From the NCBI GenBank assembly GCA_964504425.1, contig CAZDFF010000002.1:1-42514 (forward strand): a stretch of 42,514 bases of DNA. Reading direction: 5' to 3'. Source of the DNA: an uncultured Hyphomicrobiales bacterium. Lineage in GTDB: Bacteria > Pseudomonadota > Alphaproteobacteria > Rhodospirillales > 2-12-FULL-67-15. The position numbers were made by a program, and so were the translations under genes. Shown here piece by piece: positions 27,897 to 36,418 of this stretch; position 1 is the first letter of the stretch, and each line of letters begins with the position of its first letter. The notes beneath the pieces are model-generated. The model did not search any database. It worked only from the letters and a program-made list of their open reading frames with translations, and had not been told where the DNA came from.

Positions 27897-29114
27897 GTGC
27901 GGAGCCCACCCATCGCGACCCTACCGAAATGGCGGCGGATTCCGGGCGGCGTTTGGGCGCTCGGCTTCGTCTCCCTGCTCATGGATATCTCCTCCGAGAT
28001 GATCCATGCCTTGTTGCCGTTGTACCTCATGACCGCGCTCGGGACGTCGGCGCTTACGGTCGGCGTGATCGAAGGAATCGCCGAAGCGACCGCCGCGATA
28101 ACCAAGGTCTTCTCCGGCGCGCTCAGCGATTGGCTGGGAAAGCGAAAATTTCTCGCCGCGCTCGGCTATGGAATGGCGGCCTTCACGAAACCCATATTTC
28201 CGTTGGCGCCGTCGGTCGCCTGGCTGATCGCGGCGCGATTCGTCGACCGCGTCGGCAAGGGCATTCGCGGCGCGCCGCGCGACGCCTTGGTGGCCGATCT
28301 GAGCCCGCCGGAACTGCGCGGCGCCAGCTTCGGTTTACGCCAGTCGCTCGATACCGTCGGCGCCTTTCTGGGCCCGCTGCTGGCCATCGGTTTGATGTGG
28401 TGGACGTTGAACGACTTCGTCGCCGTTTTCTGGATCGCGGTGGTTCCGGCGTTTCTGGCGTTCGCGTTGATCGTGTTCGCGGTCAAGGAGCCGAGTCGGC
28501 CCGAAGGCATACGCAAGGTGCGAATGCCGCTCGGCCGCGCCGAACTCGGCCGTTTGGGCAGCGGATATTGGTGGATCGTCGCCGTCGGAGCCGTATTCAC
28601 GCTGGCGCGTTTCAGCGAGGCGTTCCTCATTCTACGCGCTCAGTCCGTGGGTCTGCCGATCATGCTGGTGCCCGCGGCGCTGGTTCTGATGAACGTCGTC
28701 TATGCTTTTTCGGCGTATCCGGTGGGCGCGATTTCGGACCGGACGGGTCGCGTGACGCTCATGATCGTCGGACTCGGTTTGCTGCTGGCCGCCGATCTCG
28801 TTCTGGCGTTCGCGGCGGGAGTCGGCGCCGTCGCGGTCGGGGTCGCGCTGTGGGGCCTTCACATGGGATTCACGCAAGGCCTCCTGGCGGCGCTCGTTGC
28901 GGACGCGGCGCCCGCCGAACTTCGGGGCACCGCCTTCGGCATGTTCAATCTGGTGACCGGCGGGGCGTTGCTGCTGGCAAGCGTGATCGCGGGCGCCTTG
29001 TGGGACCTAGCCGGTCCGCAGGGCACGTTCCTGGCGGGCGCGGCGTTTACGCTCCTTACCCTTGGCGGGATGCTTTCGATGCGTGGTCGATTGGAAGGAC
29101 GTAAGAAGACGTGA
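27897..29114 (+). CDS. MFS transporter
   Basis: 405 aa with a GTG start and about 12 hydrophobic helices. The MFS loop motif reads RFVDRVGKGIRGAPRDAL. Confidence 0.85.
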   Translation: MRSPPIATLPKWRRIPGGVWALGFVSLLMDISSEMIHALLPLYLMTALGTSALTVGVIEGIAEATAAITKVFSGALSDWLGKRKFLAALGYGMAAFTKPIFPLAPSVAWLIAARFVDRVGKGIRGAPRDALVADLSPPELRGASFGLRQSLDTVGAFLGPLLAIGLMWWTLNDFVAVFWIAVVPAFLAFALIVFAVKEPSRPEGIRKVRMPLGRAELGRLGSGYWWIVAVGAVFTLARFSEAFLILRAQSVGLPIMLVPAALVLMNVVYAFSAYPVGAISDRTGRVTLMIVGLGLLLAADLVLAFAAGVGAVAVGVALWGLHMGFTQGLLAALVADAAPAELRGTAFGMFNLVTGGALLLASVIAGALWDLAGPQGTFLAGAAFTLLTLGGMLSMRGRLEGRKKT

Positions 29115-29267
29115 ATGCCTATGCGCATGCCGGCGCTTCCGTTTCGTGCGCGATTGGCGGTCGTTTCTTGGGCCTGTCTAGCCGGTCACGGCACCCTTTC
29201 CCCGGGACGCCGGTGACAGGGTGCCCGGACGGTGTTAGGAGTCGCAGGATTGCTTGGGAGGACTCGG

Positions 29268-29927
29268 ATGGCCGACTATCGTCTGCATTGCTTTCCGGAA
29301 TCGGGCGGCTGCTATAAGGCGGCGCTCATGCGGGCGCTGTGCGGCGCCGACTGGGAGCCGGTCTTCGTCGACTATTTCAACGGCGAGACGCGCGACCCGG
29401 AATGGCGCGAGCGGGTCAGCGAAATGGGCGAGGTGCCGGTGCTCGAGCACGCCGGCAAGAAGCTCAGCCAGTCGGGCGCGATCCTGCACTACCTGGCGGA
29501 TCGGCTCGGGCGCTTCGGCGGCGAGACCGAGGGCGAGCGGTTCGAAGTCCTGCGCTGGATCCTGTTCGACAACCACAAGTTCACCAGCTATTTCGCGACC
29601 TATCGCTTCATGCGCTGCTACGTGCCCGAACCGCCCGATCTCGGCGCGGTCGCGTTCCTGAAGACGCGGGCTAACACCGCCTTCGGCATCGTCGAAAAGC
29701 ACTTGGCGCGAACGCCGTTCGTTATCGGCGACAGGCCGACCATCGCCGATATTTCCATGATGGGCTACATGACCTATCCGATCGAGGAAACCGGCTACGA
29801 TTTCGCCGTCACCCATCCCAACATCGCGGCCTGGATCGGACGAATACGAAAATTGGACGGGTTCAAGGACGTCTACGATCTGATCCCGGGCAAACGCGTG
29901 CCGGTGAAATCCTGGCCGGTTTCCTAG
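29268..29927 (+). CDS. glutathione S-transferase family protein
   Basis: The ATG at 29268 lies inside ORF 29232..29927. The N-terminal thioredoxin-like part reads GEVPVLEH.GKKLSQSGAILHYLA, and a helical C-terminal domain follows. Confidence 0.85.
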   Translation: MADYRLHCFPESGGCYKAALMRALCGADWEPVFVDYFNGETRDPEWRERVSEMGEVPVLEHAGKKLSQSGAILHYLADRLGRFGGETEGERFEVLRWILFDNHKFTSYFATYRFMRCYVPEPPDLGAVAFLKTRANTAFGIVEKHLARTPFVIGDRPTIADISMMGYMTYPIEETGYDFAVTHPNIAAWIGRIRKLDGFKDVYDLIPGKRVPVKSWPVS

Positions 29928-29960
29928 GCCGACGTCATGCGAAGGGAGGGCAAATCGACG

Positions 29961-30989
29961 ATGCATATTCGGAAATCGGCTCTCCTCGTTCTATTGCTGG
30001 CGGCTTCGGTCCAGGCGCCGCCGGCCGTTGCCCAGGAACCGGATCGGGCCGCCCAGGTGCTGAAAAACAACGACGCCGACGGCGACGGAAAACTCAGCCG
30101 CGACGAATGGCCGTTCCGGCCGCCGATGTTCAAGCGGCTCGACGCCGACGGCGACGATTTTCTGACGCTCGATGAACTGCGGGTCCGTTTCGGTGAGGGC
30201 TCGGGCGCTGGTGCCGCGCCCGCCAGGCTCGACGGCCAGACGAAAATGGATGCCCTCGACGAGGAGACGCTGTGCGGCATCGGCCGTGGGCCGAATTGCA
30301 GCATCAAGCTGGCGGTCAAGCGCGGCCTGTTCGAGACGGGATTGCGGCCGAAATTCCCGGACGGCCTCGCATGCCGCGACATCGACGAGCACTGGGCGAT
30401 TTCCTACACGCAGAAGCGTGACCGTGAAAACTATCACGGCGGCATCGACATGCCGGCACCGTTCGGCACGCCGATGATCGCGGCGGCGGCCGGCACCGTC
30501 GTCGCCAAATACGGCGGCGAGGAGAGCTACCGCGGCATCGAGGTCATCCTGCGCCACAGTCCCGAGGACACCGGCATCCCGCTTTGGGTCTACACCCAGT
30601 ACGCGCACTTCGCCGAAATGCCGACGATAAAGGTCGGCGAGCGGGTGAAAATGGGTCAGCCGCTGGGGCCGACAGGGAATTCCGGCATCCAGGGGGCCCT
30701 CAGCAAACCGAATCGGGGGCAGAAGGCCCGCCGCGACGCAATCCACTTCGCCGTCTGGTTCAGTACGAGCCCGAATTTCGTCGCGCTGCGCGTCAAGATC
30801 GTTCCGGTCGACGGTTATTGGATGGACCCGAACGCGCTCTATCGCAAGAAGCCGCCGTTCGATTCCCACGCGATGAAGGCGCTGCCGCCGGAAGAAAAGA
30901 AGGTGCCGATCTCGGTCATGCTGGAGGACGGCACGACCGTGCCTCCCGACACCAAGATTATCTGGCCCTACGCCTGCAAGCGTCGCTGA
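29961..30989 (+). CDS. secreted EF-hand pair + M23 family metallopeptidase
   Basis: The ATG at 29961 follows GAAGGGAGGG. Signal peptide is MHIRKSALLVLLLAASVQAPPAVAQ. Two canonical 12-residue EF loops are present, DADGDGKLSRDE and DADGDDFLTLDE. The M23 core reads YHGGIDMPAPFGTPM...YAHF...GPTGNSG...AIHFAVWF. Confidence 0.8.
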   Translation: MHIRKSALLVLLLAASVQAPPAVAQEPDRAAQVLKNNDADGDGKLSRDEWPFRPPMFKRLDADGDDFLTLDELRVRFGEGSGAGAAPARLDGQTKMDALDEETLCGIGRGPNCSIKLAVKRGLFETGLRPKFPDGLACRDIDEHWAISYTQKRDRENYHGGIDMPAPFGTPMIAAAAGTVVAKYGGEESYRGIEVILRHSPEDTGIPLWVYTQYAHFAEMPTIKVGERVKMGQPLGPTGNSGIQGALSKPNRGQKARRDAIHFAVWFSTSPNFVALRVKIVPVDGYWMDPNALYRKKPPFDSHAMKALPPEEKKVPISVMLEDGTTVPPDTKIIWPYACKRR

Positions 30990-33574
30990 TCGGGTCCGGT
31001 CGGGCGACAGCGGCGGGCCTTCGCCCAGGCCCTGCGGAAGAAATGGCGCTTCGCCGCTTCCGTGGCGATCACGTAAAGCACGATGATCGCCGCAAGCGAC
31101 GCGAGCAGCCCCACCGGGAGCGGAACGAAGCCGAGCAGCACCGCTGCCGGTCCGGCATAGGGGATCGCCAAGGCGACGACGCCGACGACGGCGGTCGACC
31201 AGAGCAGAAGCATTCCCGGCGAACTGCGGAACAGCGAGCGATGGGTGCGTAAGACGAGCGCGACCGTAAGTTCCGTGAGCAGCGAAAAGACGAACCATGC
31301 GGTCTGAAACTGTGTCTCTTCGGCATCGAAGACGAACCGCAACAGCGCGAACGTTAAGATGTCGAACGCACTGCTGATCGTCCCGAAGATCAACATGAAC
31401 CGACGAAGGTCGCGGACTTTCCAGCGTGGCGGACGCCGGAGCGCTTCCGGATCCACGCGGTCGGCGGCGAATGCCGCCGCCGGAAAGTCGGAAAGAAAAT
31501 TGTTGAGCAGAATCTGTTTCGCCAGAAGCGGTAAGAACGGCAGCACGAACGAGGCGACGGCGATGCTCGCGATGTTGCCGAAATTAGCGCTCATCGTGAT
31601 GGCGATATATTTCTGTGTGTTGACGAAGGTGCGCCGACCGTCCTCGATGCCCCGACGGAGAACGCCAAGATCCGGCCGCTGCAGCACGATGTCGGCGCTT
31701 TCCCGGGCAATGTCCACCGCGCTTTCGACGGAAATGCCGACGTCGGCCGCGTGCAACGCCGGAGCGTCGTTGATGCCGTCGCCCAGAAACCCGACCACAT
31801 GACCCGAGTTGCGCAGGACGCGAATGATCCGTTCCTTCTGTTGGGGGGCTATTTCGGCGAAAACCTCGGCGTGCCGCGCACGGTGCCGGAGAGCGTCGTC
31901 GGACAGATTGTCGATTTCCGACCCCGTCAGCGGATCGGCCGGATTGAGTCCGACCTCGTGCGCCAAGCTGGCGGCCAGGAACCGGTTGTCGCCGGTCAGC
32001 ATCTTGATCTTCACGCCCGCCCGGCGGAGGGATTGTACGGTTCGAGCGGCATCCGGCTTGGCCGGGTCTCTGAAGAGGAGGAAGCCCATGAAGGCGAACC
32101 CGGTTTCGTCGGCGTGCCCGTAGCTCTCCTTGGCTGGGACCCGCTTGGATGCGACTCCCAGCATGCGGTAACCCTCGGCCCCTTTGCGCCGGAAGAAGGC
32201 GATTAATTTCTCCCGCGCGGCGGCGTCGAGCGGGCGGTTGTCGGCAGGGCCGACGGCGGTGCAGCAATCCAGGATCGATTCGACCGCACCTTTGGTCGCA
32301 ATCAGGTGAGTGGCGGCATCGTCGATGTCACCGACCACGACCGTTAGGCGTCGCCGCAGGAAGTCGTATGGAATTTCGTCGATCTTGCGCCAAGGGCCGG
32401 TGTTCAGGCCATCGCGTTCGCCGGCCATGACGATGGCGGCGTCGAGCGGGTTTTCGATTCCGGTCTCGAAGGCCGCGTTCAGGTATGCAAGACGTAACAC
32501 GTCGGGCGAATTCCCCCCGTCGGGGTCGAGCGCCGCGTCGAGCACGGCGACGCCGACCGTCAGGGTTCCCGTCTTGTCGGTGCAAAGAATGTTCATGCTG
32601 CCTAGGTTCTCGATCGCTTCCAGTCGCCGCACGATTACCCCGTTCTTGACCATGGTCCGGGCGCCGGCCGACAGGGTCACGCTGACGATCGCCGGCAGAA
32701 GTTCGGGGGAAAGACCGACGGCGAGGGCGACCGCGAACAACAACGTGTCGGCGAACGGCCGGCCGAGCGCGACGTTGGTCGCAAGCACGACAACGACCAT
32801 CACCAGCATGACCTGGGTCAGCATCACGCCGAAATGACGAAGGCCCCGGGCGAAATCCGTTTCCGGCGGCGGCGAGGCGAGGCTGGCGCCAATTCGTCCG
32901 TACTCGGTCGCGCGGCCGGTATTGACGACTAGGACGTGCGCCGTGCCGGACTGGACGGAAGTGCCCTGGAAGACGCAGTTTGTACGTCGCGGCAACGGTG
33001 ACTCGGCCGGCACGGTCCCGGGCCGCTTCTCGACCGGGAAGGGTTCGCCGGTCAAGACGGCCTCCAAGACCAAGAGGTCCTTCGCTGTCAAGACAATGCC
33101 GTCGGCCGGGACCAGGTTGCCGGCGGACAGGACCAGCACGTCGCCCCGGACCACTCGCGCGGCGTCGACGGGCGTCGGCTTCCCGGCGCGCAATACCGTG
33201 GCTCGAAGCGACAATCTTTGTCGGAGCTGCGCCACCGCGACCGAAGCCCGATACTCCTGGGTGAAACCCAAGAGCGCGCTGCCGAACACGATCGCCACGA
33301 TGATGACGGTATCGATCCGCTCGCCGACGGCCGCAGCCACGGCTGCGGCGAATACGAGAATAAGGATCAGCGGACTCGCGAACTGGCGCGCCAGCATGCG
33401 CGCCGCCGACACCCCCCACGCTCGGCCCGTTCCCGCGGTTTCCGGATCCCAGCGCCGCGCGGCCTCGGTTTCGTCCAGCCCTTCGCGACCGGCGCCGAGG
33501 GTCGCGGCTAAATGCGCGGATTCGAGCGCCCAATAGGAGTCTTGACCGCCCTTATGCATCGAAGGAAGCATCAT
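30968..33574 (-). CDS. mgtA: magnesium-translocating P-type ATPase
   Basis: 868 aa with ICTDKTGTLT (phosphorylation site), MLTGDN and GDGINDAPALHAADVGISV. It has 10-TM P-type architecture and an MgtA/MgtB-like N-terminus. Confidence 0.92.
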   Translation of the reverse strand: MMLPSMHKGGQDSYWALESAHLAATLGAGREGLDETEAARRWDPETAGTGRAWGVSAARMLARQFASPLILILVFAAAVAAAVGERIDTVIIVAIVFGSALLGFTQEYRASVAVAQLRQRLSLRATVLRAGKPTPVDAARVVRGDVLVLSAGNLVPADGIVLTAKDLLVLEAVLTGEPFPVEKRPGTVPAESPLPRRTNCVFQGTSVQSGTAHVLVVNTGRATEYGRIGASLASPPPETDFARGLRHFGVMLTQVMLVMVVVVLATNVALGRPFADTLLFAVALAVGLSPELLPAIVSVTLSAGARTMVKNGVIVRRLEAIENLGSMNILCTDKTGTLTVGVAVLDAALDPDGGNSPDVLRLAYLNAAFETGIENPLDAAIVMAGERDGLNTGPWRKIDEIPYDFLRRRLTVVVGDIDDAATHLIATKGAVESILDCCTAVGPADNRPLDAAAREKLIAFFRRKGAEGYRMLGVASKRVPAKESYGHADETGFAFMGFLLFRDPAKPDAARTVQSLRRAGVKIKMLTGDNRFLAASLAHEVGLNPADPLTGSEIDNLSDDALRHRARHAEVFAEIAPQQKERIIRVLRNSGHVVGFLGDGINDAPALHAADVGISVESAVDIARESADIVLQRPDLGVLRRGIEDGRRTFVNTQKYIAITMSANFGNIASIAVASFVLPFLPLLAKQILLNNFLSDFPAAAFAADRVDPEALRRPPRWKVRDLRRFMLIFGTISSAFDILTFALLRFVFDAEETQFQTAWFVFSLLTELTVALVLRTHRSLFRSSPGMLLLWSTAVVGVVALAIPYAGPAAVLLGFVPLPVGLLASLAAIIVLYVIATEAAKRHFFRRAWAKARRCRPTGPDQRRLQA

Positions 33575-33600
33575 GATGGCAAAACGACAATTTGTTCAGT

Positions 33601-33627
33601 TCCGACACGGGATTATAGAGTGTCGGA
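33601..33627. promoter_or_regulatory. 8-bp perfect inverted repeat TCCGACAC-N11-GTGTCGGA enclosing a minus-strand TATAAT, upstream of mgtA
   Basis: Read directly from the sequence. TATAAT on the minus strand is at 33617..33612, about 40 nt upstream of the mgtA ATG. Confidence 0.3.
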
Positions 33628-33676
33628 CCTGCTGGCCGTCTTGACCGGGCTCATGAACGGCCCATTTTTATGCGGA

Positions 33677-34030
33677 TCAGAACATCCGGCCGCCGTTGGG
33701 GACGGCCAAGCTGGGGCCGATCAGCACGACCTCGCCGTTTTCGTCGGGGAAGCCCAGCACCAGGACTTCCGACATGAACGGCCCGATCTGGCGCGGCGGG
33801 AAGTTGACCACGGCGGCGACCTGACGGCCGGGCAGGGTAGCGGGATCGTAATGCTTGACGATCTGGGCCGACGATTTCTTCTCGCCGATGCCGGGTCCGA
33901 AATCGACCCACAGCTTGATCGCGGGCTTGCGCGCCTCGGGGAACGGTTCGGCGCGGACCACGGTGCCGACGCGGATGTCGACCTTCGTGAAATCGTCGTA
34001 GGAAATACGACGGACGGTTTGCTCGTTCAT
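33677..34030 (-). CDS. csaA: tRNA-binding protein (CsaA / EMAP-like OB fold)
   Basis: The start MNEQTVRRISYDDFTKVDIRVGTV is at 34030. The longer ORF reaching 34114 would run into the phaP terminator. The sequence reads ...KLWVDFG...SSAQIVKHY.... Confidence 0.85.
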   Translation of the reverse strand: MNEQTVRRISYDDFTKVDIRVGTVVRAEPFPEARKPAIKLWVDFGPGIGEKKSSAQIVKHYDPATLPGRQVAAVVNFPPRQIGPFMSEVLVLGFPDENGEVVLIGPSLAVPNGGRMF

Positions 34031-34095
34031 GGTTCGGTTCCTTTCGCGGATCGGAACGTCCGACAAACGGCGGGCCGAATCAAGGCCGGGCGACG

Positions 34096-34129
34096 AAAAA
34101 AGCCGCCCCGGCAAGCATCGGGGCGGCTT
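34096..34129 (-). terminator. rho-independent terminator of phaP
   Basis: On the minus strand the sequence is AGCCGCCCCG-ATGCTTGC-CGGGGCGGCT followed by TTTTTT, 40 nt after the phaP stop. Confidence 0.8.
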
Positions 34130-34168
34130 CGATCGTGAAGGAGGAGACGATCGGCGTAAAAGCGGCGA

Positions 34169-34672
34169 TTACTTCTTCGAGGGCTTCGTGGGGGCGACGG
34201 ACTTCATTTCGTCCATCGCTTCGATGACGCGGGCGTTGATCGTCTTCGCCGCGACGTCGTTCGACTTCGCCAGGATGTCCGAGATTTCCTTCAGGTTGGC
34301 GACGACGGTCTCGTAGGTTTCCTTCGCCAGTTCGGCCTGCTTCGCGGTCACTTCGGCGGGCGAGGTGGTCTTGCCCATCGTGGCGACGGCGGCCGACATG
34401 TCGTCGATCGCGGCCTTGACCATCTCGGCCTGGCGCTTGGCGACGGTCTGGAAGCCTTCGACCGCGGCGCGGTTGGCGGCCGAGAACGCCTCGATGTTCT
34501 TGCGCTGGGCGTCGACGATCGCGTTCACGTCGAACGTCGGCATCTTCATGCCGTTGGTCGCCTTGGCGAACTCGTCGGCGAATTTCGACGGGTCGAAGTC
34601 GCCGTACATCTTCATCACGTCGGCGTTGAAGAACGGATTGGACTTGGCGAAGTTGAAGAATTCGTTGGTCAT
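34169..34672 (-). CDS. phaP: phasin family protein (PHA granule-associated)
   Basis: The start MTNEFFNFAK is at 34672, inside ORF 34169..34813. The protein is Ala-rich and helical: DVNAIVDAQRKNIEAFSAANRAAVEGFQTVAKRQAEMV.... Confidence 0.82.
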   Translation of the reverse strand: MTNEFFNFAKSNPFFNADVMKMYGDFDPSKFADEFAKATNGMKMPTFDVNAIVDAQRKNIEAFSAANRAAVEGFQTVAKRQAEMVKAAIDDMSAAVATMGKTTSPAEVTAKQAELAKETYETVVANLKEISDILAKSNDVAAKTINARVIEAMDEMKSVAPTKPSKK

Positions 34673-34747
34673 AGGGGCGGTCTCCGAAATCGGGGTTAAG
34701 AGATCATTCCGTTTGCGCATCGCACCGAACCGCACGTCGGCGGGTTT

Positions 34748-34837
34748 TGTTGCGCTGCACAATGACGACAATATGCCGGGATTCCGGGCTCTCGTCAACA
34801 AAAAATGTTGCAACGCACAAAAAATATTGCAAGTGCG
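34748..34837. promoter_or_regulatory. repeated TGTTGC-N3-GCACAA / TTGCAA motifs in the phaP upstream region (candidate PhaR-type operators)
   Basis: TGTTGCGCTGCACAA at 34748-34762 and TGTTGCAACGCACAA at 34806-34820 match at 12 of 15 positions. ATTGCAAGTGCG lies at 34826-34837. A candidate minus-strand promoter, TTGACG-N17-CATATT (34798..34770), sits between them. Confidence 0.35.
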
Positions 34838-34877
34838 TAAAAACCCCGGATTTCCAGGGTTTCCGGTCAGGGCGCGG

Positions 34878-35537
34878 TCAGGCTTGCCGGGTGCCCGGCT
34901 TCGGCAGCGGCAACGCGACCAGCCATTCGGCCACGGCGCCGGCGCGCCGGAGGCCCTTGTCGAGCGCCGCCATGGTCTTCGCCATGTCCGAGGCGTCGTC
35001 CTGGAAGAACGTTGCCAAGGCGCACAGATAGACCGCGCCCAGTCCTTTCGCTTTCAGGATTCCGCACGGGCCGGCGGCGGAAAGGCCCGCGGTCTCCAGC
35101 GTCAGGGCCATGACCCGGCGGAACCGGCACAGCATGGGGAGGGCGGATTTCGGGTCGCGGGCGCTGCCTTCCAGGATCGAGCGGTAGGCCGCCTTGTCGG
35201 GGGCCATGGCCTCGAACCGGCGCATCAGCACGTCGAACAGCCTGTCGCGCACGGGATCGGCGTCGTCGGCGCCGTAAACGCCGCCCGCGACCATCCTGTC
35301 GTCGACGGCGCCCAGGATGGCGGCCGCGAGATCGCGCTTGGAACGAAAATGCTCGGCCAGGGCCTCGGGCGTCAGGCCGGCCTTGGCGGCGACGGCGTCC
35401 AGCGTCACCCGCTGCCATTTCTCCGCGGCGGCCAGGTCGAGCGCAGCGCGGATCGCCCGGACGCGCCGGTCGCCCGCCGCCTTTTTGCGGCCGGCGGCCT
35501 TTTTCTTCGGCGCGCGCGGGGTCGGCTTTTTCGCCAT
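34878..35537 (-). CDS. TetR/AcrR family transcriptional regulator
   Basis: A basic N-terminal tail is followed by the HTH VTLDAVAAKAGLTPEALAEHFRSKRDL and a helical ligand-binding domain. Confidence 0.8.
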   Translation of the reverse strand: MAKKPTPRAPKKKAAGRKKAAGDRRVRAIRAALDLAAAEKWQRVTLDAVAAKAGLTPEALAEHFRSKRDLAAAILGAVDDRMVAGGVYGADDADPVRDRLFDVLMRRFEAMAPDKAAYRSILEGSARDPKSALPMLCRFRRVMALTLETAGLSAAGPCGILKAKGLGAVYLCALATFFQDDASDMAKTMAALDKGLRRAGAVAEWLVALPLPKPGTRQA

Positions 35538-35557
35538 GCCTTATTATCTAGGCATGG
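35534..35557. promoter_or_regulatory. perfect 8-bp inverted repeat CCATGCCT-N8-AGGCATGG spanning the TetR start codon
   Basis: Read directly from the sequence. The spacer TATTATCT is AT-rich, and the element covers the ATG (35537..35535) of the TetR gene. Confidence 0.35.
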
Positions 35558-35590
35558 GTTTCCAAAGTAAAAGGCCGGGAAGGGCGGAAA

Positions 35591-36418
35591 TCAGCCCGCG
35601 AGTTCGCGGGACCGGCGGGTGGCGGCCAGCACCGCCTTGGTCAGGACCGGCTGGCTGCCGTCGTCGGCCATCAGCACCTTCAGGGCTTCGGCCGTGGTGC
35701 CCCCGGGCGAGGTGACGTTCTGGCGCAGCGTCGCCGCCGGCTCGGAAGCCTTGTGCAGCAGTTCCCCGGCGCCGGCGACGGTGGCCCGCGCCAGCCTTGC
35801 GGCCATGTCGGCGGGCAGGCCGGCCTGGCGCCCGGCCTCGGCCAGCTGCTCGGCCAGCAGGAACACGTAGGCCGGGCCGCTGCCGGAAACGGCGGTGACC
35901 GCGTCCATCAGCGCCTCGTCATCGATCCATTCGACCGCGCCGACCGCCGCCAGCAGCTCGCCGGCCAACGCGCCTTGTTGCGCCGTGACGTTCTTGTTGG
36001 CGCAGACGACGGTGATGCCGCGCCGCACGGCGGCCGGCGTGTTCGGCATGGCGCGCAGGATCGCCGCTTTTTCGCCCAGTATTTTCTCGAACGACCGGAT
36101 GGTGCGTCCGGCGGCGATCGACAGGAACGCGGTGCCGGCGCCGGCGAATCGTGTATAGGCGGGCACCACTTGGTCCATCACTTGGGGTTTGACCGCCAGA
36201 ACGACGACGTCGGGGGCGTCGGCGATTCCCGCCGCGTCGGCGTCGATCCGGACGGTCGTTTTCGCAAGCGCCTTGGCGATGTCGGCGTTGGGCTCGATAA
36301 CACGAATACGACCGGGTTCGATGCCGCGGTCCAGCCAGCCGGCCAGCAACGCGCCGCCCATCTTGCCGCCGCCGACCAGGACGATCGGCCCGGTCGACCC
36401 ACCGGGCATGACGGTCAC
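35591..36418 (-). CDS. proC: pyrroline-5-carboxylate reductase
   Basis: VGGGKMGGALLAGW, MPNTPA and SGSGPAY...SPGGTT motifs. GTG at 36418 makes a GTGA overlap with ybjN; an alternative ATG lies at 36410. Confidence 0.93.
   Translation of the reverse strand: MTVMPGGSTGPIVLVGGGKMGGALLAGWLDRGIEPGRIRVIEPNADIAKALAKTTVRIDADAAGIADAPDVVVLAVKPQVMDQVVPAYTRFAGAGTAFLSIAAGRTIRSFEKILGEKAAILRAMPNTPAAVRRGITVVCANKNVTAQQGALAGELLAAVGAVEWIDDEALMDAVTAVSGSGPAYVFLLAEQLAEAGRQAGLPADMAARLARATVAGAGELLHKASEPAATLRQNVTSPGGTTAEALKVLMADDGSQPVLTKAVLAATRRSRELAG

Noticed and set aside
29184-29229. Hairpin GGCACCCT-N20-AGGGTGCC between the MFS and GST genes as a terminator
   Set aside because: There is no U-tract and the loop is long. 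It could equally be chance in GC-rich DNA.
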